DNA of 64,000 nucleotides from Ptychomitrium polyphyllum (Eukaryota): the NCBI GenBank assembly GCA_973851085.1, contig OZ316776.1, positions 15,376,001 through 15,440,000 on the forward strand, given 5' to 3'. Shown in pieces: positions 43,001 through 54,938 of the stretch. The position numbers and the translations under genes are program-made. Under the pieces are notes generated by a model. The model ran no database searches, was not told the DNA's origin, and worked only from the letters and a program-made list of their open reading frames with translations. The first letter of the stretch is position 1; every line of letters starts with the position of its first letter.

Positions 43001-46000
43001 CATAAAATGTCATCTGTCCATGTTTTAAAATTCAACATGAACTTCTAAGTTTCAAGACTCAACAGTTCAATGTTGAAATTTAAGATTCAATACTAATTTA
43101 TCGAGGTTAAAAGAAATAAGGTCCCAATAAGGAATGCTTTCTTTTCAAACATCACATAACTTTTCTAACAATTGTTTAGTGCTTAGAAATTAAGATTTGT
43201 TGTTTAATGCAATTGAAAACATATTCATATATGAAATTTGAACCAGATAGTATTTTTGAAAGGGTTAAAAACTTGTAATAGATCGATTCATTGAACATTT
43301 AAACATCAACCAATCACCACCATTCAATGGATGCACAATCATTCAAAGTTGGTTTAATAACCATCATGCACTAAGCTCATGTCTATCACATGTTTTCTTT
43401 CCAAAACTAATATATATTTGTCTTTTTCTTATTACCATCACCCTAGAATTCTATTTGCATCCAATCTCAAATTCATTATCATACTATAAGACTAGTTACA
43501 ATTTAAATAACATTGATTAATAATAATCACATCCATCCAAAATTAGGTTATATACAAATGGAACTTCTAATAAAGATATAGTCTAAAAACATAAGAAGTT
43601 CAACAACAATTTATACTACAAATTAAGTGCTAGGGCCAAGAAAATTAGTACCTATCTTTGGTAATGGACTTTAGTCAAGAGCCATGCCTAAGAACAATCA
43701 AATAGCCTTTTTTAGAACTCCTTGTTCTTTCCACAACATAAGCAATCATAACTCAAAAAAAATAAATTTGAAATGCACTTTTGAAAATAATATAAACAAT
43801 AAAAATATATTTCAAACCTTCAAATTTACTTGAGTAGTATTGAAATGTTGACACAATCTATTGAATATGTTTTGATAAAGAAATCCATTGAATTATAAAA
43901 AATGATTCACTTTTATAAAAACAATAAATTGAAAACCTCAAATTTCATGATTATTTTCTTTTCTTTGTTGAAATATAAAAAACAATTGAATTAATGGCCC
44001 ATTTTAACAATTTACAAATTATTAAGCACCACGGAATACTATTTAACATCATGTTGTATGAAAAATTTAGCAAGTCGCTTTTTGCAAAGTCATGTTCTTA
44101 TAAAAAGAAATATATTTTCACTAGAATTTCATTATTACAAACAATATATGGAGGACATAATACACACATACATATTTTATACTAAAAAAATATATAAGCA
44201 TTTACTTAGGAAATAAGCTTGTTTATAGTATGTTAGATATTCACTGATTCTATAATCACATACTATCATCTCATGTTAGAAGTAATCATCTTTGCGCATA
44301 CAAAAAATATTACAAAAATCTGATTCACTAAATTCCTTATGTATAAAATTTATTATTTTTAATGGTATAGGTCTTTTAAAATTTTAATATTCATATAACA
44401 TGTTCCTAGGGTTCCATCATTACAGGTAGATTTTAATGGTAAACACTACTACCATCAATGAACAACCTTTAATATCCTTTGCTTTTTGTACATGAAATGA
44501 AAATTTTAAAATCCACATTTAAAAATATTGAAATTATGTTCTCACTTGTTATATTATTTATTTAAGTGTAAACTTATCCAAAAATTTCCAATATATTTTG
44601 GACTTGATGAATATTTTAATGAATCATTGATTTAAAGTTGGTACATCTCAATACCTTAGTTTATCTGAAAGAAAATATCATCCATTATAGAGATCAATTT
44701 GTCTTTAGAGTTCAATAAAGTAAGGTTATATTATACTACCATGTTTAAATATTCTCCTTCATCACATCAACTTTCAAAATTCAAAGAACTAAAGGGAAAA
44801 AAGAAATAATCTTATTTTTAAGGCTGATATGATAAAGGGTTTGTTTCTCCATTACCATGTAACGTTGTCCATGGAACTAGGATCCTGAATGCAAAGAACT
44901 GTTGTTCAAAGGGAAGTAGATAGTATGTCAAATAGTAACAAAAGCACTACAAAAAAAGAAATAGGAGTTGGGATGCATGTTAGAGAATTAGGTTTTTGGA
45001 ATAATAATGGCTGCCAAGCCTTAAACTCTGTTTTTGGTTAAATGAGGCCATGAATATCACATATCTTGTTTGAGTTCAATTTCCAATCCACTTGTTCAAG
45101 TGGTATTATGGTATGTGTTGAATTGGCACTGTTGATGAGAAAGCTAATGGCAGAAAATATACCAACCTCTGACTTCCTTCTTTTTTTTCACTCCTTGGAG
45201 AAAAGAGGGAGCCAGCCCCAAATATTTCCAGGGAGAACTTGGTGAAGTGGTGCCCCAACACTTAAAGCCGAGGGGGTTTCCCTTCATCTCTGAACTGTAT
45301 TCACCCATCACTGAAAGAATGGACCTGTGCTTCATATAATCTCCTGAAGGGTGTGTCGTCTTCAGATTTGGATTTATAATACTGTATGCAATTTACCCCT
45401 GGATAGCTGCCACCATGGATTTTCTAACTTACAGTGCCATTACTGTCAATGTAGGTTTGTAAAAACTTATACTCTTGCCGTTAAATAGCATATTTGTTAG
45501 TTTGCTAATGAAATTGTAATATTCATGCAGGGGTTTAACCAATCATAAGTGTCATTATTCTTGCCAAAATGATTATATAGTGACAAACCTGTTATGTAGG
45601 TATGCTAAGAAGATTTACTGCTAACAGTTGCTATTGGATCCCTGACTTATAGACCCAGTTGAATGTTGAGCTGGATTGAACAAGCTGTATCTAATGATAA
45701 ATTATCAGTTTCTTGAATTAGGCCAACAGATACAAACTTATGAAGACTCCTGGATGGGTGTTCTGTTAGGTCATATGATGTCACATTGCGAGGGAAAAAC
45801 CTTGAGAAAATCATGAATGATATAATCAGGGACCACACTGGTATGGAGTGAATGGTACCAGGGAAGGTAAAGGACTCTACTGATAATGTAACATCATACC
45901 ATTGTCATTTTCCAAGCATGAAGCACCAGCATGCCTGACCAGCAATGAATGTAACTGAGCCCCCTCACACAAGCGATTTCAAATCTCTGAGGTGCGTTCT

Positions 46001-49000
46001 CCAGTGACACCACATCTTCCACCATTAACTCCAACCCCTTCCCTCTCAGAAACATGTTCCTCACTGTTGTTGACCCTCTAGCCACAATTATATGTTACAT
46101 ACAGTATTTAGTTACGTGGTGAAAATTCCTGTTGTTGCACAGCATGTTTGTAAAAGAACTAGAAGTTACTGTCTTGGACCTGCATAGAAAGGGACAACCT
46201 GTCATCATAAATAATGGGAGGGAACCAAGTTGGGTGGATGGATAGCCTGTGTTGAAAATTTCCCTGGGTTTCTTGTGGCTGAGTTGATTCATTGCAAGTC
46301 ATTTTCATGTGGCAGTGTGTGCCAGGTGGACAATTGGATCATTTTTGGATACTTTTCATAGTGGTATATAGCTGTTGAAAAGGAGAGACTAAGTAAAATG
46401 CTGATTGAATGTGATTGACTCCAATATGCCATCCATGGAATCCATTTTGGGAAAGTAACTGTTAGACTTGGGAATTTGAACATATTATTATCATTGATGT
46501 TTTCTGCTCTAGTACAGACAGTGGGCACTTATCTTGGGATGTAACTATGCTGTAAGATGGACAGAGATAACTCAATCCATTTCACCAACCACCTTCAGTT
46601 ATAATCGACTGATTGTGATCACAAAGTACATTGGTTTGATAAACAGAAGACAAATGAGAACCCCAAACAAGTTGTCTTAAAGGAAGCATCTTTTTCTTCT
46701 ACATCCCATATAAACAAATTGTTCCATAGTATCGTTCATCTATTCATAACATTGTTCCAGGAACCTTTTGAACACTTGAACCTCTTTCAAAGAAATAATA
46801 TTAACATTCAAAGATACAATTCCATTGTCAAAATCTTCTTTCACTAAAGATTAAGGAAATTTGCATACTAAGTCACCAAAACTAAATCTTGACCGTATCA
46901 TTCATTACAAGATGTTCTTATTGTTATTTGTCATTGATTTTCTACTTTTGAAGTTTAAAGTAGATTACTTCATTCTTCTAATACTTTGTTTTACTTTCAA
47001 AATTCATTCCAAAAATATTTTTGTACTACCAATAGTATTTATCACACTATTGGAATCCACTCATAAATGAAAGAAGTTGATGTTAGAGATGCATGATATG
47101 TTTCAATTTAAGTCCATTTTAACTAATTTTATTCTTATTTTGAAATGTACCAATGATTTAAAAAAGAAAGTGATACATGTAACTCTAATGAAATCCATTT
47201 ATAATATTAAAAAAAGATGATAGTGACAAATGTAGCTTAAATGCTTCAAATCTAAAACTATCTTTGTTTATAATAATATGATTTTGAAATCTATTATTGA
47301 ATTAAGGAGATTAATAATGTTGAAGTGGTGTGAACTTTGGTAAAGAATGAAAGAAGATGTTGACAACTTCTTCAATTTGGAGATCTACAAAAAATTTTAA
47401 AAATTTTAAATTTTAAAAAAGTGCATTAGAAATAGTTAGCTTGAAGTGTTTAATATAGTTGAATTTTAGAAATGAATGGATAAAAGAAGAATGAAATCCA
47501 CATCAATTAAGAATAAATAAATTATAAAATAAGTCTTTGACAAGATTTATTAATGTAAAGAAGAATAATGAAAGTCACATTTGAATTGGAAGATAACAAT
47601 AGTAAGGTTGTTTAGAAAAAGAACTATAAATGAATGTGAAGGAATGAAATTCACATGTAAAAAAAATAAAATACTGTCAAAGTTATTTGGAACAAAATGT
47701 ATTACCATATAAAAGAGAATTGAAAATCTAGTTTTAAATAGGAAGACGAAAGTGATAAAACTCTTCAAAATAAAATCTATTGATGTACAAAAGAAAAATG
47801 AAATCCACATGTAAAATGGAAAATGATAGTAGCAAAATTGTTAAGAATAAAAACCTTTGGTAGATTAGAGAAAAATTAAATCCACATATAAGACAAAGAA
47901 AAGAGTAACAAAGTTGTTTGGAACATAATCCATAGATGTATGAAAGAGAAATAAATGAATTCTTTGGTGTTTAATTATTTCACAAAAACTTCTCTTCTTG
48001 CACAATGTAGCTTCATTGATTAATTTTACTTCCATGATTTGTCCTCCTTAAGACCCTTTTTAAAAGTGGACTTTTTGACAATTTGATATGATTTGAAACT
48101 ATTGATTTTTCCTTTCCATTTCCATGGCTACTTAGGCTATTAGCTTAAGACTTCATTGACTACTTCTTATGTACTATTTCTATAGCATCTATTGAATTTC
48201 AAGGCATAACAAAGAAAATTTGGAATTTCTTGATTTTCTATATCTTTCTCCTAACTTTTATACATTTCCATAAATGAAAATTTAAAAAGAATACAACATT
48301 CATTTTATTTTTTCTTCTTTCATTACTTTATAATGGATTTTATAAAACAAGGGATGAATAAAATCCATTGAAAGAATGGAAGATAATATCAATAAAATTC
48401 ATTTTTGACCAAAATTTATTAATGCATAAATGAAGAAAGGAAAAAATACAAGAAAAAGAAGATGGTTATTAATGTAATTGGAATGCTTCAATTATGTAGT
48501 ATCTTAAGTTATTAGCCTGATTATGAGCCAAAATACTTCAAATATGAAATTATTCTAATTTACAATAGCATGATTTAAAAATATCATATTAGATGAGAAA
48601 GCACATTGATATGGAGGTGGTTTGAAATCTAGCAATGAATGAAAAATGATAGAAATATACAAAAATTTAATGTTTCAAACTTAAGAACTATCATAATTTT
48701 TTGTAACTTCATTTGGAAATTCATTATCATATGATAAAAATTTGTAATTCAAAGGTGACTTGAAATTCAAGAATATATAAGATATGATGATGACATGAAT
48801 GTCTATAATGCTTCAAACCAAAAAAATTTCAACAAACTTTCAAATCCAACAACTAATGATAAAAAATATTATCAAAAGTAATTTGGAAGAAACGGTTGGA
48901 ATATGTGAATTTACCAAACTTTTTTTGAGAATAGCCAATGTGAAAGTTAAATTGAAGAGGTAGCTAAAATGTTCTAAATTTAAAAATCATGAAATCCACC

Positions 49001-50446
49001 ATTGAATGAAAGGATATGATAATGTAAAAGTATGTGGGAGATGCTTCAAATCAATAACCATTCATTGTAATTCAAAGTTTCTTTCTTTTCATAAGGGAAC
49101 CGGCTCTGATAAAAAAAAAATCATTTCTGGATGTAAGATTTTGAATGTCATCAAATTTAAAACATCATGAGTCAAACTATTCATATAATACTCAAATATC
49201 TCATATTTTAGGATCATAGAATTTCCATGTACATTCCAATCACCCACCATAGCATATATCAATCTAATTTTTGATTACAACTTGCTCTGAACAAAAAGGG
49301 GCAATTTTTTTTTGACGGTGATGACTCATAAATTACCAGATGTTAATCACACTGCCACCAGTAACCAAATCAAAGGCCTCAATGAATTCTCTGATCTCTC
49401 GAGGAAACCGGGTCATGCCTCATGAATGAAGAATTTGATGAAGCAGCCTGAGAGCTGATAATGATCAAATCATATAACTGTGGAGGGCTTTCTGGTAATT
49501 AATTAACCTTCCGCCCTGGTACCCAACCGAGAGAATAATGATACAATACAAGACTCGCCCCACTGCAAGCTCAATGACTCTCTCCAATCTGGCGGGTAAT
49601 ACAAAATCCACGGTATCCACAGAGAAGGGCAAAAACACGCGCCAGGTAGTTGATCGTACCACGCTAAATGAACCCATTTCGTAGATCTGCCATCTTGGCG
49701 CCACCCCCATGGCGGGACGGGGCGCGGGCTGATCCACCCCGGCCGCGATACTCAGACAACGGCAACTCCAGAAAGGCAACGGCGATGAACTTCCAAATCG
49801 CTACTATAGTTAGTCCGGATGAACAAGATGGATGAATAGTCGTGGACCAATGACTTACAAACTGACTGAAAAAGGCCCCCACTCTGCGATTCTCATTCGT
49901 TCTAAGTTTAGCTAGATCGCCCTAAACTCATGGAATGGCCACTCTGGCCTCCCCTCGGCGCTTTCTAATTTGGAGCCTTCATCCCTTCAAAGCCATGCCC
50001 TGCGCACAATCTCATCTCTGTGCACCCGCATCGACGACTGCATCTCACCCGTACTACACTACGCTAGCAATTCAATGAAGGCTCTGTGACCCCTACTACT
50101 ACATGTCTCGTTGTGTCTAAACTTATTTCCATTAGTATAGTGCTCCTGTGCATACATCTCTGCCTGCATTGCCTTGTCTCTCCACTTCTTGTGTGCAGCT
50201 CATACTTCTCAGACTGCTCTCACCTTGGTTGTTGCTCCGCACAGTTTGGGCATGCAAACCTTGAGCCCTCCGCTATCTTTACCTTTCCTGTCCCCTCTCG
50301 ATCAGCTGCCTCGGTTTCGGTCACCGGAGTGGAGGAGAAGCTTCGGTTGGGTGTGTGTGTAAGACTGTGTGTGTGTAAATAGTTGAGGGAGCGGAAGCCA
50401 GGTTGTTGCTTTTGGGGGAAGCTGTGTAGAGAATTGTACAGTGAAG

Positions 50447-50558
50447 ATGGTGAGCGGTGCAGTGTGCCATGCATGAAGTGGGGGGAAGGTTTCAGGAGGT
50501 CGGTCCTCCAGCAGGATGGCACCCAGTGTTGAGAGCTTGTACTGTGCGGAGGAGGTGA
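50447..50558 (+). promoter_or_regulatory. Cluster of three uORFs in the cyclin D leader
   Basis: ATG 50447 encodes MVSGAVCHA and stops at 50476. ATG 50469 and ATG 50473 are out of frame and overlap the main ATG at 50516. Confidence 0.5.
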
Positions 50559-52441
50559 GCGAGACTACATGGGATGATGAGGAAGGAGGAGAGTGTGTGA
50601 GTATGCTTCCGGTACAGCCTGTGGTGGAGTCCCAGGCAGCGGTGTTCCTGGATTTTCCAGTGGAGGACGATGAGGCTATATCCACGTTGCTTCTCAAGGA
50701 GGGGCAGTACATGCCGGAGGCTGATTACTCTGGGCGGTATCATGCACAGGAGCTCAGTGCTGAAGCTCGCCTGGAGGCTGTCAAGTGGATTCAGAAGGTG
50801 AGGGCGAGCTCCTCTTGACGATGTGTTCGTGGGCTTACCTTCGGGGGTGGTTCTTTTGAATCGGTTCCGAGAACTTGAGCCTTTGCCTCTTTAGAGGCAT
50901 CCAGCTCGCCATGTGTGTCCAATTGCAGTGGTCCGTTTGTGGAGGGAGTAGAATTTCTTTCTCATTTGGGGCTGGTCGTCTCTGCCTTTTCTGAATGCGT
51001 TCTACTTCGTTAGGATATTCGCGTCCGTGTGTTTTAATATCTGTGCTGTCATTTGCAATATGAGCTTTCGGATATTACTCGGTAATTTATCTGTAGAATT
51101 CCTTGTGACATTGGGTGCATTGTGATGTTTTCCAGGTTCAATCTTTCTACAATTACGGTCCTTTGACAGTGGCCCTGGCGGTAAATTACATGGATCGCTT
51201 CCTGTCTCGGCACCATCTACCGGTACGTAGCGGTTTGTGCATGTTCCGGTTTCTTTCCAGATTGTGTTTGTGGAGTGTCTTGCTGAGCGTGGGTGTCGGG
51301 CAGCGGTTTCGGGAGAGTGAGGCCGTGCGTGTGTGTCGTGCAGGAAGGGAAGGAGTGGATGCTGCAGCTGCTGTCCGTGGCGTGCGTGTCGCTGGCCGCG
51401 AAGATGGAGGAATCTGAGGTGCCGATCCTGCTGGACCTCCAGGTGGGTTGTGGCGCGGATCGCGTTCTTGCCGACGGTGTGTTGGGTGGTGGCGTGTGGA
51501 TGAGCAGGGTGTGTTGCGTGTGGCGGGCGCGGTGCTGAGCGGGGTTGTGGATGTGGGCAGGTGGAGCAGGTGGAGCACGTTTTCGAGGCGCACACGATCC
51601 AGAGGATGGAGCTTCTGGTGCTGTCGACGCTGGAGTGGAGGATGAGCGCGGTGACGCCGTTCTCCTACGTGGACTACTTTTTCCACAAGCTGGGCGTGAG
51701 CAGCGTGCTGCTGCGGGCGCTGCTGTCGCGAGTGAGCGAGATCGTGTTGAAGGCCGCGAAGGGTGAGTGGCGGGTGTCCCGGGCGCGGGCGCAGCGCCTG
51801 GGTGCGGTGGCGGGAGTGAGTTTGGGCGGTGCGCAAAAGTTTAGGTTTTTTTGGTGATGTGAGGGCGATGCTGACCGCGTTGTGCAATGTGTGGCAGACA
51901 CGGCGTTCCTGACGTATGTGCCGTCAGTGGTGGCGGCAGCGGCCATCATCTGCTCCCTGGAGGAGGTGACGGCCCTGCAATCGGGAGACCTGGTGCGGAT
52001 CTTCGGCAGTCTGGCCGTGGATGTGGTGAGGCTGGGTGGTTAGCGTGGCATGTGCGGCAATTCGGATAGGAGTGGTGATCTTGATGAGCGTGTGCTGGTG
52101 GGCGGGTCGTCTGAACGCGTTGTGTGGACGTTGGTGCGCAGGATGCGGTGAAGGAGTGCTACACGGACATGCAGGAGGTGGTGATAGACTCGTGTTACCG
52201 GCGACTTTCTGTGAAGCGGAAAGCGTTGTGCGCATCGGAGCCCCAGAGCCCCGTGGGAGTACTGGAGGCGGCAGCTTTGAGCAGCGCCAGTGAAGGTACT
52301 CTAGGATTTTCATCGCGCGAGTCGAGCCCGGGTGTTGCCGAAGCTTTTCGCGTTGCAACGGCTCCGCAATCGAAGCGGAGGAAGTTGTTAGCGGACGACG
52401 AGGAAAGCACGGTGACATGGCTTCAGCGTACTTATCTATGA
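50516..52441 (+). CDS. CYCD: D-type cyclin; 6 exons, ~365 aa
   Basis: Exons 50516-50797, 51136-51222, 51344-51442, 51561-51762, 51898-52025, 52142-52441. N-terminal LxCxE (LYCAE) Rb-binding motif; cyclin box ARLEAVKWIQK, LAVNYMDRFLS, QLLSVACVSLAAKMEE, IQRMELLVLSTLEWRM; C-terminal PQSPVGVLEAA. Confidence 0.97.
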
Positions 52442-54913
52442 TACTACAAAAGGCGAGGAGCTTCTTTCGATATTAGGCTTTTTGGAATGCTTAAAAACTA
52501 TGTCGTGCCGCAGCCCTGCCTGCTCCATCCATCATACATTAGTCGAGATCCCTTTCTGCTACGTTGCTAGGAAGAGCCAGGCTTGCTCCACTCCAGCCCT
52601 AATTTATTAACCACCCTTACACGATTTTTTCACAATTGTGTGTATTCGCCAAGACCTGCAGTGCATTTCTAGCGTTCGGCTCCGGTTTGTGAGTATTCTT
52701 TAGCAGAATGTGTAATCCGCATCTGTTTCTACTTGAAAATAAAAAAAGAAAAAATTTCATATTTTTTCACATTCTCTGCGTGAATTTATTTTTAACGAAT
52801 TTTCATGCATATTTCCGGTTTTGGCAGTATCAATTCGCACCCTAAGTATATCATTTATCTGGATGATAGTTCATTCTGTCGCTTTTACGAAACTAACCCC
52901 TAGTGTCCGTTGTCTAATGAATTGAATGCTCGCCTGTCTAGGAAGTATTTAAATCGTGTATTAATGTAATCCCTGTGGTTTGGAGCGGAGCGAGCAAGGG
53001 CCAGGACTTAGCTATGGTTAAACCATCTTCACCCTCTATGTTTAGTGAAACGCTACTCCCTGATCTGTCCCTTGTTTACCAAGACAAGGAGCGAGAGAGC
53101 TGAAGTTGAGATTTAATACAACGAGGAATACGAGGCACAGCCAATATAAGAAAAGATGGGCGTGTATCTCGGCACTGGTTGGAGCCCAGATTTTCCCTGT
53201 TCCTCCCACTCAGGGTGTTCATGCAACGGCCGGGGATGCATTCAAGCCCAAGTCACGATGGGGTAGTGCAGGTGCCAGAGGGTGTGCAGGGGGCAGCAGG
53301 GTAAAGAAGCTTAAGTTTCTGATTAAGGTCCTGTTTGGGAACGCTACGGTTAATTTATTTCTTAGGAAGTGATTGAGGATTCACCAAATCAGCTTCTCTT
53401 TGGGCAAACTTAGTTTTCACTTTGAAATCATTTTTTTTTTAAAACATTTGAAATGAACTAACAAATCAATGCCAATCAAGTTTAGGTTTTATTCCACTTT
53501 ATAAAACACAAACTTCCAAAGATAGGACATTCAAAAACAGTTATGATGAAATGAGTGAAAGAACCATTTTCTTCTTTAGCATGGTTTTTCTATAAAAAAA
53601 ATTAAAAAGTTTTCCTTTTATGACTTTGAATCATACTAAAATGCTTTCATTGTGATGAGAATTTATGGTTAAAATTAATATGATTTTTCAAAGATTTGTG
53701 GTTTTTTTGAACACAACAATTTCAAGTGTCATAAGAGATTTTTGAAAAATTCAAAGATGATGTTACATGTATTGGTTCATCTTTGAATCTAATTCAATCA
53801 GATGTACATTATAGATTTTTTGTACTATGCAAATTGTTTATTGCTTTTTTGTAGTCAATTGTTTTTTAACAAATTCTCAATGATTGCTTAAATATTGTAA
53901 TTAAGCCCAAAAACTACCTATCATGTTAACTTGCCACTTATAGATGCTTACACCAAATTGTATAAGAAAGCACCAACACAACATTATATCTTCAAACACA
54001 TCAAAAAACATAAGCACAAAAATTAAAATTATTGGCTTTACCAAACAAGAAATTAACAAGGAACCATATGTTCAAAATTCAAGTATGCAAATCACATCAA
54101 AATATGAGATTTCTAACTAAAAACTTCTCAAATCCAATAGCCTATCAAATTATCAATGAAGTTAATTTCAAATTGTTTTTGGATTTTTATGTAAAATCAA
54201 ATGCATTACAATTAATGTCTTAGTGCTATTTTATTTCATATACAATATCAAATTCAGTATTGAGATCAAAAATAGTATATATTTGTGTATGTAAATTTAA
54301 ACGTATATATGTCCATATACATGCATATGCATGCATATATGTACATTTTTGTAGACACATGTTTGGAGATTTGCTAATTTTATCATAAACAATACTATGA
54401 AGATTACATTGAATATAATGAATGAATAAAAAGTTGATGACTTTAGAAATAAATTTATATCTTAAGTTTTAAATTTGATAAACTATTAGATATTCTAATC
54501 GTATGGATGAAACTCAAAATTTGGAATTTTTGTCTTTTAAAAAAATATAAACCCTATATTATTTTCCAATTTTTATTTTATATTACTTTTTTTCTTTTTG
54601 GTTTATTTCAAAGATACTTTGTACACTTTAAGAACTAATTATCTTTTATTATACCACATTAAAGCAAAATAATCATCAACATAAAATTTTAATTGAAATT
54701 GAAAGCTACCTTTTAATTTTTTTGGATCATTTGTATTAAATAATTGTTCTATTATAATTTCTTTTAATAAGATATGAATTTATAAAATAGCCCTTTATAT
54801 TCTAAATACTTTGGTTTCTTTAATTTTGATTGTAGTCATCTTTTGTTTATACATCCAACATGAATTACTTTTGAGTCCCAATTGGTAGAAATTTTAAATA
54901 ATAATACACACTA

Positions 54914-54938
54914 ATATATATATATATATATATATATA
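54914..54938. repeat. (TA)n microsatellite
   Basis: About 12 TA units read directly. Confidence 0.9.

Noticed and set aside
45144..45335. PWKYLGL resembling the LINE reverse transcriptase YLG motif
   Set aside because: I found no supporting YADD or QGxPLS motifs in register, so the match is too weak.
51002..52418. Long minus-strand ORFs (197, 233, 164 aa)
   Set aside because: These are antisense shadows of the GC-rich cyclin D gene with low-complexity His/Pro/Arg-rich translations.
53324..53342. TAA-GGTCCTGTTTGG resembling a PIF/Harbinger (Tourist) TIR at the edge of AT-rich DNA
   Set aside because: I found no matching inverted end in the window.
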